A stretch of DNA of 64,000 nt from an uncultured Arcobacter sp. (GTDB lineage Bacteria > Campylobacterota > Campylobacteria > Campylobacterales > Arcobacteraceae): assembly GCA_965140705.1 (NCBI GenBank), contig OZ223300.1, positions 928,001 to 992,000 of the forward strand, written 5' to 3'. Shown piece after piece: positions 11,824 to 21,422 of this stretch; position 1 is the stretch's first letter; each line of letters begins with the position of its first letter. The position numbers and the translations under genes were made by a program. The notes below the pieces were generated by a model. That model had not been told where the DNA came from. It saw nothing but the letters and a program-made list of their open reading frames with translations, and did not search any database.

Positions 11824-12912
11824 CTATCTTTCTTCTACATATGAGGCAGTTTTAACTAAATTGCCATCATGAGCAAATACAAAAATATGTCGTGTATCTA
11901 AATATACTGATATTTCTGAATTATATTCTAAGTCATGTACTCCATGAACTAAACCAATCCAATTGTCTTCTTTATGTTGCATATGCAAAAAAGTCTCAGA
12001 ACCTGTGATTTCTGTAACATCTAAGTGAGCAGAAAATTCAATTGAATTTTCTGCTTTTTTTGTAAGCTCTAAGTGATTTGGTCTAAATCCTGCTAAATAT
12101 TTTCCATCTTTTATATCTTTTAGTCCATTTGTAGCAAGTGCTTTTTGTCTATCTCCATAATAAAAGTACTCGCCTTCTTTTTTTATTTTTAAAAAATTCA
12201 TTGCAGGATTTGAAAAAACTTTAGCTGTAATTGCATTATTTGGTTTGTGATATACTTTTGTTGTTTCACCAAATTGTGTTACTTTACCTTCCCATAATGT
12301 TACAACATTACCGCCTAATAGTAATGCTTCCTCTGGTTCAGTTGTAGCGTATACAAAAATTGCTCCAGATTTCTCAAACATTTTAGGAATCTCTTCCCTT
12401 AACTCTTCTCTTAGTTTATAATCTAAATTTGCAAGGGGTTCATCTAATAATACTAATCCAGAACCTTTTACTAATGAACGAGCTAGTGCACATCTTTGTT
12501 GTTGCCCACCTGATAATTCTAAAGGTTTTCTATCTAGCATATTTGTTAAACGCATAAGTGCAGCTGTTTCTCTTACTGCTTTATCTATTTCATCTGAGTC
12601 TTTTTTCATTATTCTTAAAGGTGCTGCAATATTATCATAAACAGTCATTGAAGGATAATTTACAAATTGTTGGTATACCATTGCTACTTTTCTATCTTGA
12701 ACTCTCATTCTAGTAACATCTTTACCTTCCCATATAATTCTACCTGTTGTAGGTACATCTAATCCTGCCATTATTCTCATCAAGGTTGTTTTTCCTGATA
12801 AGGTTCTACCTAGAAGTACATTCATCGTACCTTTTTGTAATGTTAGGTTTGTATTATAAATATGAGTTTGTCCATCAACTTTCATTGATACATTCTCAAG
12901 TTCTAATGACAT
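11824..12912 (-). CDS. glpS: Glycerol ABC transporter ATP-binding subunit
   Basis: GRTLSGKTT, LSGGQQQR, LLDEP; H-loop replaced (YATTEP). Confidence 0.9.
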   Translation of the reverse strand: MSLELENVSMKVDGQTHIYNTNLTLQKGTMNVLLGRTLSGKTTLMRIMAGLDVPTTGRIIWEGKDVTRMRVQDRKVAMVYQQFVNYPSMTVYDNIAAPLRIMKKDSDEIDKAVRETAALMRLTNMLDRKPLELSGGQQQRCALARSLVKGSGLVLLDEPLANLDYKLREELREEIPKMFEKSGAIFVYATTEPEEALLLGGNVVTLWEGKVTQFGETTKVYHKPNNAITAKVFSNPAMNFLKIKKEGEYFYYGDRQKALATNGLKDIKDGKYLAGFRPNHLELTKKAENSIEFSAHLDVTEITGSETFLHMQHKEDNWIGLVHGVHDLEYNSEISVYLDTRHIFVFAHDGNLVKTASYVEER

Positions 12913-12976
12913 TCAATCTCCTTGCTACTAATGTTATAAAAAAAGTTATTATTATAAATAAATCTTTTCACATCAT

Positions 12977-12990
12977 AACATTATAATGTT
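12977..12990. promoter_or_regulatory. GntR-type operator upstream of glpS
   Basis: Perfect palindrome AACATTATAATGTT. Confidence 0.65.
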
Positions 12991-13249
12991 GTCTTTAATA
13001 GTGACGTATAGAATTTTAAACTAAGCTTAAAATGGTGACCATTTTTTAATCTTTAATTGAAATATTTTTTATCTTCAAACGTAGCAATAAAATAGCATTG
13101 CGATTCGATGGTATCTAGCTTGTATTGACCTTATAAATCACTTAAAATGGATTTTAAAAATTGTGAAAAAACTTGTTTTTTTAAGTTGGAGATTTGAAGG
13201 ATAATTTTTTATTATTATAATTTATTTAATATTCTTTTTATAGTTATAT

Positions 13250-13286
13250 CATTATAATGTCTTAAATACATTATAACCTTATAATG
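13250..13286. promoter_or_regulatory. GntR-type operator sites upstream of glpD
   Basis: CATTATAATG (13250-13259) and CATTATAACCTTATAATG (13269-13286). Confidence 0.62.
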
Positions 13287-13311
13287 AAATCTACTTAAGG
13301 ATAGTAAGATT

Positions 13312-14871
13312 ATGAAAAGTAATAAATATGACATTATCATTATTGGTGGGGGAGCAACAGGAAGTGGAACAGCTTTAGATGCAGCATCTAGAGGATTTAA
13401 AACTTTAGTGTTAGAAAAAAATGATTTTGCAGAAGGAACTAGTTCAAGAAGTACTAAATTGGTACATGGGGGAGTTCGTTATTTAGAAGCTGCTGTAAAA
13501 GGCTTGAATAAAGATCAATACAATTTAGTGAAAGAGGGATTAAAAGAGCGGTCAAGACTTTTAAAAAATGCACCACACTTATGTTCTAGACTTACCCTTG
13601 TAACTCCTATATATAAATGGTGGGAATTACCTTATATGTTTATAGGTTTGAGCCTATATGACTTTGTATCTGGAAGAAGGGGACTTGGTAGAAGTTCAAT
13701 TGTTTGTAAAGATAAGATGATAAATAACTTTCCTAGTATCAAAAAAGATTCTTTAGTAGGTGGAGTTAAATATTATGATGGAAGTTTTAATGACTCAAGA
13801 TTAAATGTAACATTATTAAAAACAGCACAAAAATTTGGAGCTGATTGTAGAAATTATAGTGAAGTAGAAGAGTTTTTGTATGAAGATGGGAAAATCTCTG
13901 GGGTAAAAGTAAGAAATAAAATTACAGATGAAACTTATATTGTAAACTCAAAAGTTATAATAAATGCAACGGGAGCATTTTCTGATAAGGTAAGAACTTT
14001 AGATAATAAAGAAGCAAAAAAAATGCTTGATTTAAGTTCTGGTATCCATATTGTATTAGATAAAAAATATTTACCTTCCGAAGAGGGCTTGATGATTCCT
14101 AAAACTGAAGATGGAAGAGTTTTATTTATACTTCCTTGGATGGGTAAATGTTTAGTTGGAACTACTGATGAGAAAACAACTTTAAGTGAACACCCTGAGG
14201 TATCTCAAAAAGATATAAAATATATATTAAAACATCTAGAAATCTATTTTGATTTAAAAATAGATGAAAGTGAAATATTATCTTCATGGTGTGGAATAAG
14301 ACCCTTAGTAGCAGCACCAAAAAATGCATCAACAAAAAGTATTGTAAGGGAGCATATTATTATTAGTTCTGATTCTGGATTAGTTAGTATTCTTGGTGGT
14401 AAATGGACTACTTATAGAAAGATGTCAGAAGAACTTGTTGATTATGTAACTTCTAAATTTGCTTTAAAAAATAAAGAATGTCAAACAAAAAAATTAAAAT
14501 TAATAGGAAGTGAGAACTTTACAAAAGAGATGCAAGTTGACTGTTTAGATGAAGATATTAAAAATTATTTGATTAAGATGTATGGTGATAAAGCAAGTGA
14601 TGTTTTAAATTGTGTTGAAACAGTAGAAAGATTGCACAAAGATTATTCACATACTAATGCAGAATTAATTTATACTATTAAAGAAGAGTTTGTACAAAAA
14701 CCTATGGATTATATAGTAAGAAGAACATCTTTAGCCTTGATTGATAAAAAAGCAGCAATAGAAATTTTAGATAAAGTATTAGAAATAATGCAAAAAGAGT
14801 TAAATTGGGATGAAAAAAGAGTAAATATTGAGAAAGAAAATTCATTGGAGTTATTAAATAATTCATTATAA
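13312..14871 (+). CDS. glpD: FAD-dependent glycerol-3-phosphate dehydrogenase
   Basis: IGGGATGSG, GTSSRSTKLVHGGVRYL, GIRPL, GGKWTTYR. Confidence 0.96.
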   Translation: MKSNKYDIIIIGGGATGSGTALDAASRGFKTLVLEKNDFAEGTSSRSTKLVHGGVRYLEAAVKGLNKDQYNLVKEGLKERSRLLKNAPHLCSRLTLVTPIYKWWELPYMFIGLSLYDFVSGRRGLGRSSIVCKDKMINNFPSIKKDSLVGGVKYYDGSFNDSRLNVTLLKTAQKFGADCRNYSEVEEFLYEDGKISGVKVRNKITDETYIVNSKVIINATGAFSDKVRTLDNKEAKKMLDLSSGIHIVLDKKYLPSEEGLMIPKTEDGRVLFILPWMGKCLVGTTDEKTTLSEHPEVSQKDIKYILKHLEIYFDLKIDESEILSSWCGIRPLVAAPKNASTKSIVREHIIISSDSGLVSILGGKWTTYRKMSEELVDYVTSKFALKNKECQTKKLKLIGSENFTKEMQVDCLDEDIKNYLIKMYGDKASDVLNCVETVERLHKDYSHTNAELIYTIKEEFVQKPMDYIVRRTSLALIDKKAAIEILDKVLEIMQKELNWDEKRVNIEKENSLELLNNSL

Positions 14872-14978
14872 CAAATATTAAGTACACTTTAAAATTGAAT
14901 TATGTAATATGTAATAATAAATAGAATATATTGTTATAATATATTATAAATCAATATTTATCTTAAAAGGAAATGCTT

Positions 14979-15710
14979 TTGTTTGTTAAAAATGGTATAC
15001 CCTTGTATCTACAATTAAAAGAGAAATTATTAGAAGATATTAAATTAAATTACAAAGCTGATGATATTATACCAGCTGAGGGCAAAATTGAAGAGAAATA
15101 TCAAGTAAGTAGAATAACTGTAAGAAAAGCTATTGAAGAGTTAGAGCGTGAAAATGTGGTTATTAAAAAACAAGGTAAAGGAACTTTCGTACAAGAAAAG
15201 AAAGTCCTTTATGATGCGAATTCTATTGGTTCTTTAACTCAAAGACTAGAAAAACAAAAACATCTTCTAACTACAAAGTCTATATCTTTTGAAATAATAG
15301 AAGAGGGTGAAGAACACTTTGTTAAAGATATGCTAAATTGTGAAAAATTATTATGTATTAGAAGAACTAGATTATTAAATGAAGTTCCTTTTGCCTTGAT
15401 GATAAATTATTTTGATGTAAATACAGTACCTGACATTGAAAAAAAACTAAATCTTGAATCATTATATGCCTTTTTGAAAGAAGAATATAATATTGAGTTT
15501 TACAATGCGGAAGAGATAGTAGAAGCAAAAGCTGCAAATAAAGATGAAGCTAAAAAACTAAATGTAAAAGAAGGTTTTCCTTTATTATCTTTAAAAAGAC
15601 TTTCATATGATAGAAGTAATAAGCCAATTGAGTATTCAAATTTAGTTATCAAATCAGATATGTATAAACATAAAATCATTTTATCAAATGATAAAATGTC
15701 AAATATATAA
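14979..15710 (+). CDS. GntR-family (HutC/UTRA) transcriptional regulator, copy 1
   Basis: PLYLQLK...VSRITVRKAI...QGKGTFV wHTH plus UTRA domain; TTG at 14979 preferred over ATG 14973 by SD spacing and alignment with copy 2. Confidence 0.92.
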   Translation: MFVKNGIPLYLQLKEKLLEDIKLNYKADDIIPAEGKIEEKYQVSRITVRKAIEELERENVVIKKQGKGTFVQEKKVLYDANSIGSLTQRLEKQKHLLTTKSISFEIIEEGEEHFVKDMLNCEKLLCIRRTRLLNEVPFALMINYFDVNTVPDIEKKLNLESLYAFLKEEYNIEFYNAEEIVEAKAANKDEAKKLNVKEGFPLLSLKRLSYDRSNKPIEYSNLVIKSDMYKHKIILSNDKMSNI

Positions 15711-15727
15711 GTGTAAGGATATGATTA

Positions 15728-16453
15728 TTGTTTGCTAAGAATGGTATTCCCCTATATGTACAATTAAAAGAGAAGTTATTAAAAGATATCAAAGCTAATT
15801 ATAAAGCTGGAGATCTATTTTCTCCTGAAATAAAAATAGAAAAAGAGTATGAAGTAAGTAGAATAACTGTAAGAAAAGCTATTGAACTACTTGAAAGAGA
15901 TAATATCTTAGAGAAAAAACAAGGTTCAGGAACTTTTATAAAAGAGCAAAAAATTCTTTATGATGCAAACTCTATTGGCTCTTTAACCCAAAGGTTAGAA
16001 AAACAAAACCATAAACTAACCACTAAATCAATTGAATTCTTAGTCATAAAAAAAGAGCATTATGTAAAAGAGTTATTAAACTGTGATACATTGTTGTGTA
16101 TAAAAAGATTTAGAGAGATGGATGGAGTGCCTTTTGCTTTGATGTTAAATTACTTAGATTATGAAAAGGTACCAAATCTAAAAGAAAAGTTTAAAATAGA
16201 ATCTTTATATACCTTTTTAAAAGATGAATATAATATTGAATTTTATAATGCCCAAGAGACAGTTGAAGCAAAAGACTCTACAAAAGAGGAAGCCCAAAAA
16301 CTAGGTATAAAAAAGGGTTCATCTCTTCTTTCTTTACATAGATTATCTTTTGATAAAGATAATAATCCTGTAGAGTATTCAGATATATTAATTAAAGCAA
16401 ATATGTATAAACATAAAATTACTTTATCAAACGATAAAATCTCAAATTACTAA
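15728..16453 (+). CDS. GntR-family (HutC/UTRA) transcriptional regulator, copy 2
   Basis: Same architecture, visibly paralogous to copy 1; TTG start. Confidence 0.92.
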   Translation: MFAKNGIPLYVQLKEKLLKDIKANYKAGDLFSPEIKIEKEYEVSRITVRKAIELLERDNILEKKQGSGTFIKEQKILYDANSIGSLTQRLEKQNHKLTTKSIEFLVIKKEHYVKELLNCDTLLCIKRFREMDGVPFALMLNYLDYEKVPNLKEKFKIESLYTFLKDEYNIEFYNAQETVEAKDSTKEEAQKLGIKKGSSLLSLHRLSFDKDNNPVEYSDILIKANMYKHKITLSNDKISNY

Positions 16454-16533
16454 TAAAATCTTAGAAATACCATCATAATAAATCTTTTGATATAATGCAA
16501 AAAATTTATAATAGATTATAAAGGATAGTTTTA

Positions 16534-17916
16534 ATGGCAAATGACCAAATCTTAAAAAATACAAATGCAAAGCTTCTAGATGAATTTAATGCTTCAGTTA
16601 TGTTTGACAAAGAACTTTATGCGCAAGATATAAAAGGTTCAATCGCACACTCTCAAATGTTAAAAGAACAAGGTATTTTGACAAAAGAAGACCAAGAAGA
16701 TATTGAAAATGGATTACTTCAAGTAAAAGAGGAGATAGAATCAGGAAAGTTTGAATTTAAAATAGAACATGAAGATATTCATATGGCAGTTGAAAGTAGA
16801 TTAACTGAGATTATTGGAGAAGCTGGAAAAAGACTTCACACTGCAAGAAGTAGAAATGACCAAGTTGCTACTGACTTTAGACTTTATGTTCAAGATAAAA
16901 ATCTATCAATCAAAGCACAGTTGAAAGAGCTAGTAAATACCTTTGTTGAGGTTGCTAAAAAACATACAGAAACATTAATTCCAGGAATGACTCATTTACA
17001 ACATGCACAACCAATAAACTTCGGTTATCACATGTTAGCTTATGCAAATATGTTTAAAAGAGATTTTGAAAGATTTGAAAGTTCTTATGAAAGAAACAAC
17101 TATTGTCCTTTAGGAAGTGCTGCATTAGCAGGAACACCACACAATATAAATAGATTTTCAACTTCTGAAAAACTAGGATTTAATTCTCCAACTATAAGTG
17201 CCCTTGATACAGTTTCTGATAGGGATTTTGCTTTAGAGATTTTATTTAATATAAGCACTTCTATGATGCATATTTCTAGAATATCTGAAGAGTTAGTAAC
17301 TTGGTCATCTTATGAGTTTCAATTTGTAAGAATGAGTGATGAGTATGCAACAACTTCTTCAATTATGCCACAAAAGAAAAATCCAGATGTTCCTGAATTA
17401 CTTAGAGGTAAAACTGGAAGAGTTTATGGAAATTTAGTTTCATTATTAACTGTTATGAAAGGTTTACCATTAGCTTATAATAAAGATACTCAAGAAGATA
17501 AAGAGGGTGTTTTTGATTCTGTTAAGACTATTGAAATCTCTATTTCTATTTTAAATGAAGTTATAAAAACTATGATAGTAAATGTAGATAAAATGGCAAA
17601 TGCTTGTAAAATAGGACACTTAAGTGCTACAGACTTAGCTGACTATTTAGTTCAAAAGCAAGCTATGCCTTTTAGAACAGCATACTATATTACTAAAGAT
17701 GTGGTTGCAGTTGCAAATAGTTTAAATAAAGATATTAGTGAATTAACTCTTGAGGAGATTAGATCTTCCAATGATGAGATAAAAAATATAGATGAAGAGA
17801 TTTTGATGTATTTGGATTTGAAAGCTTCTATGAATGCAAGAACATCATTTGGTGGAACATCTACAAAAAATACAAAAGAGCAAATTGAAATATTTGAGAA
17901 GTGGTTAAAAAATTAG
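16534..17916 (+). CDS. argH: Argininosuccinate lyase
   Basis: [24 protein letters not shown]. Confidence 0.97.
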   Translation: MANDQILKNTNAKLLDEFNASVMFDKELYAQDIKGSIAHSQMLKEQGILTKEDQEDIENGLLQVKEEIESGKFEFKIEHEDIHMAVESRLTEIIGEAGKRLHTARSRNDQVATDFRLYVQDKNLSIKAQLKELVNTFVEVAKKHTETLIPGMTHLQHAQPINFGYHMLAYANMFKRDFERFESSYERNNYCPLGSAALAGTPHNINRFSTSEKLGFNSPTISALDTVSDRDFALEILFNISTSMMHISRISEELVTWSSYEFQFVRMSDEYATTSSIMPQKKNPDVPELLRGKTGRVYGNLVSLLTVMKGLPLAYNKDTQEDKEGVFDSVKTIEISISILNEVIKTMIVNVDKMANACKIGHLSATDLADYLVQKQAMPFRTAYYITKDVVAVANSLNKDISELTLEEIRSSNDEIKNIDEEILMYLDLKASMNARTSFGGTSTKNTKEQIEIFEKWLKN

Positions 17917-17940
17917 ATGATTTAAATCATCTAATTTTTT
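17907..17940. terminator. Bidirectional terminator (perfect 34-bp palindrome)
   Basis: AAAAAATTAGATGATTT|AAATCATCTAATTTTTT between convergent argH and cheV. Confidence 0.75.
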
Positions 17941-18842
17941 TAAGCTAAGAATTCTTTAGCTGTAGTATATAGTGCTTGGATATCAGTTTTACCAATAAAC
18001 CCATTAACACCAATTTGGTTCATTTTATTTTTAACAGCATCTGTTGTCATAGATGAGTTTACTATTACAGGGATACTAGCATATTTATTACTTGATTTTA
18101 TGAACTGAGCAACTTGAAAACCATCTGTTTCTGGCATTTCAATATCTGTAATTACAAGACCTACACTTTCTGGGTCAATTTCTCTTACTCTATCTAAAAG
18201 ATCTGCACCATTATTATAGATTTCATATTTTACATTTGCTTTTTTGAAAAATTTTCTTAAAACTTCTCTTGCAACATTTGAATCTTCTGCTGCTAAAACA
18301 AGTTTTTTACTAGTAAATGGAGCTTCAATGTATTTATTCATAACATCATCGCCATCATTTACCCAACCTAAGTCTTTTAATAGTTGTTCTGCATTAAATA
18401 CTGTACATAATTCATCTTTATCATGAACTTTTACATATGTAGTATAGGTGATTTTTGAATTAGTTTCTTCTGAATGTCTTAGTTCATCAGTAGTCTTTTC
18501 TACAATGTCAAGCATATCTTTAATTAGAAAACCTACTTTTTTATGATTAAATTCACAATAAATAATCAATTTATATTCATTGATTTCAAGTGTTTTATTT
18601 CCTAACCATGCATCAAGTTTAATTAAAGTAACTGGCTCACCTCTAATAGTAGCAATACCTGCAATTACATCTGTATCAGATGGTGTATCGTTGATTGTTA
18701 CTTCTTCAGTTATTACAAAAGCTTTTACTTTAGCAATATTTATTGCATAGATATTATTTTTACCAGTATAAAATACAGCTAACTGTTGTACATTTCTAAG
18801 GTGCCCTTGAGTCATTTGCTCAACACTATTTATACCACTCAT
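17940..18842 (-). CDS. cheV: Chemotaxis protein CheV (CheW + REC)
   Basis: YAINIAKVK CheW domain; AEDS, ITDIEMPETDG receiver. Confidence 0.92.
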   Translation of the reverse strand: MSGINSVEQMTQGHLRNVQQLAVFYTGKNNIYAINIAKVKAFVITEEVTINDTPSDTDVIAGIATIRGEPVTLIKLDAWLGNKTLEINEYKLIIYCEFNHKKVGFLIKDMLDIVEKTTDELRHSEETNSKITYTTYVKVHDKDELCTVFNAEQLLKDLGWVNDGDDVMNKYIEAPFTSKKLVLAAEDSNVAREVLRKFFKKANVKYEIYNNGADLLDRVREIDPESVGLVITDIEMPETDGFQVAQFIKSSNKYASIPVIVNSSMTTDAVKNKMNQIGVNGFIGKTDIQALYTTAKEFLA

Positions 18843-18907
18843 GTATTCCCTTTTTTTGCAAATATTCTTATTATATTAATTTTTTTCTTATAGTTTATTG
18901 ATTTTTT

Positions 18908-19570
18908 CTAATTAGCAATTATTTTTTGAATTGTAACAGAAGACATCATCAAACCAAAAGAGCCAGTAACTCCCTCAAAGCTTCCTTTTTCAATGCAGTT
19001 TGGATTCTCACCTGAAAAAATTACTTTGAACTTTTTTTTAAAGCCTCGTTTTTTTAATTCGTATCTTATTTTTCTAATAAATGGATCATTGTACGTATCC
19101 CAAATCGAAATATATTCAATCTTTGATGGATCAATTCTTTTTGCACTACCACTTGTAGTTATAAGTTTATCGTAATATTTTTGAATTAGTCTAACTTTTG
19201 GTTTAATATCATCAATTGCATCTAAAATATATGAATATGATGAGAAATCAAATTCATCAACCCAAGATTCTGTAATCTTTTCATATATAATTTCTACATT
19301 TGGGTACTTCTCTTTTAAAGCTTCAACTTTTATTCTTCCAATATTGCCTTCACTTCCCATTTGTCTATTTAAATTTGACTCTTCATAAGTATCAAAATCT
19401 ACTATTGTTATATTTGTTACTCCTGTTCTATAAAGTGAATCTAGTGCAAATGAGCCAACACCACCTACACCTAAAAGTATTATTTTAGTATTTTGAAATT
19501 TATTAAAATTATTATCTCCAAAAAGTTTTAGAGTTCTATCATATTTTGACATACTATATCTTCTTCCCAT
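18908..19570 (-). CDS. tcdA: ThiF/E1-like tRNA t6A dehydratase (true start perhaps 19552)
   Basis: GVGGVGS, DFD..EESNLNRQ, DAID, VIFSGE. Confidence 0.8.
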   Translation of the reverse strand: MGRRYSMSKYDRTLKLFGDNNFNKFQNTKIILLGVGGVGSFALDSLYRTGVTNITIVDFDTYEESNLNRQMGSEGNIGRIKVEALKEKYPNVEIIYEKITESWVDEFDFSSYSYILDAIDDIKPKVRLIQKYYDKLITTSGSAKRIDPSKIEYISIWDTYNDPFIRKIRYELKKRGFKKKFKVIFSGENPNCIEKGSFEGVTGSFGLMMSSVTIQKIIAN

Positions 19571-19644
19571 AAATTAATTTTTTATTTTTTATTTTTTGGG
19601 TATTATAGCAGATTAAAATAGAAAATATATTTATGGAGAGGTTA

Positions 19645-20130
19645 ATGGAAAAAGAACCAATGACAAATGTGGGGTATGAAAAAATTACAGGAGAATTGGA
19701 TTTTCTAAAAAGTACTGAGCGTCCTGAAACTGTTATTGCTCTTGAAGAAGCAAGACAATTAGGAGATTTAAAAGAAAATGCTGAATATCATGCTGCAAAA
19801 GAAAAATTAAAATTAATTGATGTACAAATTGCAGAACTTGGAGCAGTTCTTAGTAAAGCTGTAATTATTGACCCTAGCTCTTTACCTCACGATAGAGTTT
19901 CATTTGGTTCAACTATAAAACTAGTAAATGTAGATACTGATGAAGAGTATGAATACTCAATTGTAGGTGGTGTTGAATCTAATGCTGAAAAAGGAATGAT
20001 TTCTTTTAATTCACCTTTAGCTAAACAACTAATGGGAAAAGAAGAGGGTGATGAATTTAGTGCAACTTTACCAGGTGGTGTAAAAACATTTGAAGTCTTG
20101 GAAGTTTTTTATAAAGAACTTGAATTATAA
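19645..20130 (+). CDS. greA: Transcription elongation factor GreA
   Basis: GDLKENAEYHAAK, ISFNSPLA; start MEKEPMT behind GAGG. Confidence 0.96.
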   Translation: MEKEPMTNVGYEKITGELDFLKSTERPETVIALEEARQLGDLKENAEYHAAKEKLKLIDVQIAELGAVLSKAVIIDPSSLPHDRVSFGSTIKLVNVDTDEEYEYSIVGGVESNAEKGMISFNSPLAKQLMGKEEGDEFSATLPGGVKTFEVLEVFYKELEL

Positions 20131-20166
20131 TGTTTAAATTTAAAGCAAATTTGTCATATTTTACTT

Positions 20167-20868
20167 ATGTTTTCTAATATAAAAGAAAGTGCTATATTTG
20201 TTGCAGACTCTCATTTCAATGAAAAAAGGTCTCAACTTTTAACTTTTCTTGAAAAATTAAAATCCAAGGAGATAAAAACAGAACAACTATTTTTAATGGG
20301 TGATATGTTTGATTTTATCTCTGGAGAAAGTAATTATTTCATCAAAAGAAATAAAAAAGTAATCTCTTTAATAAATGAATTATCTCAAAATATTGAAATG
20401 ATATATTTAGAAGGTAATCATGACTATAATTTAAAAAATCTATTTCCAAATATAAAAGTATATAAAAGAGAATCTCAACCTATTTTTATGAACTACCAAA
20501 ATCAAGAAGTCGCCTTAAGTCATGGGGATATATTTGTAAATGATAAATTTTATGATTTATATTGTAAATTTATAAGAAATCACATCTTTTTACTTTTTAT
20601 GAATGTTATTGATTTTAAAAATTTTATCTCTAAAAAGATATATTATGGTCTCTTGGGGAAAAATATTTGTCATAATATAAAAAACTTTAAAGAAATTATT
20701 TCAAAAAGAGTTAAGCACTATGATGCAAAAATAATAATAGAAGGACACTTTCACCAAGGGAAAGAGTATATTATTGGTGAAAAAAGATATAAAAATATAC
20801 AATCTTTAACTTGTAGCAATGAATATGTAGTTTTAGTAAATAATGAATTTATAGGAATAAGTTTATGA
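20167..20868 (+). CDS. lpxH: UDP-2,3-diacylglucosamine hydrolase (metallophosphoesterase)
   Basis: ADSH, MGDMFD, EGNHD, SHGD, GHFH motifs; greA-lpxH synteny. Confidence 0.82.
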   Translation: MFSNIKESAIFVADSHFNEKRSQLLTFLEKLKSKEIKTEQLFLMGDMFDFISGESNYFIKRNKKVISLINELSQNIEMIYLEGNHDYNLKNLFPNIKVYKRESQPIFMNYQNQEVALSHGDIFVNDKFYDLYCKFIRNHIFLLFMNVIDFKNFISKKIYYGLLGKNICHNIKNFKEIISKRVKHYDAKIIIEGHFHQGKEYIIGEKRYKNIQSLTCSNEYVVLVNNEFIGISL

Positions 20869-21422
20869 ATAATCTAACTTTTTTATTAATTGTTTTTTTA
20901 ATTTTAATAGTAGTTTTTTTAATATCACTATTTTTTTATAAAACAAAAGTAATAAAAAGAGTTATAGGTTCATATCATAAAGAAGATACAAAAAAATATA
21001 TTAATACAAGACTTATAACTTTACCTTCATCATTTGATTCTTTAAGTAATAATACTTTGAGAGAAGAATCAAAAGAGTTATTTGAAATATTTAAGTTTTT
21101 GGATTATAAAAATAAACATGAAGAGTATGAAAAAAAATCTTGGCACTCTTGGCAAATAAGTTTTTTAGTTGCTATGTATAAAAGAGATTTGGAACTTTTT
21201 TTACCAACATGTCATGATGTTTTTCATGAAGAAGTACTAAAAGATAGTTTAGAAAATCTTCAAATATCACTAAAACAAATAATAGAAAAATATAAAAGAG
21301 AAGTACAAGTAAATAAATCAAAAGATGCCTTATCAAAACACTTAATATGGGAAGGTAAAGAAGTAGAAAGATTGATGTATTATTTGTATAAATATAAAAA
21401 CACTAGGAAGGATAAGTCATAG
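20865..21422 (+). CDS. Hypothetical membrane-anchored protein
   Basis: 185-aa ORF with an N-terminal hydrophobic helix; overlaps lpxH stop (ATGA). Confidence 0.75.
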   Translation: MNNLTFLLIVFLILIVVFLISLFFYKTKVIKRVIGSYHKEDTKKYINTRLITLPSSFDSLSNNTLREESKELFEIFKFLDYKNKHEEYEKKSWHSWQISFLVAMYKRDLELFLPTCHDVFHEEVLKDSLENLQISLKQIIEKYKREVQVNKSKDALSKHLIWEGKEVERLMYYLYKYKNTRKDKS

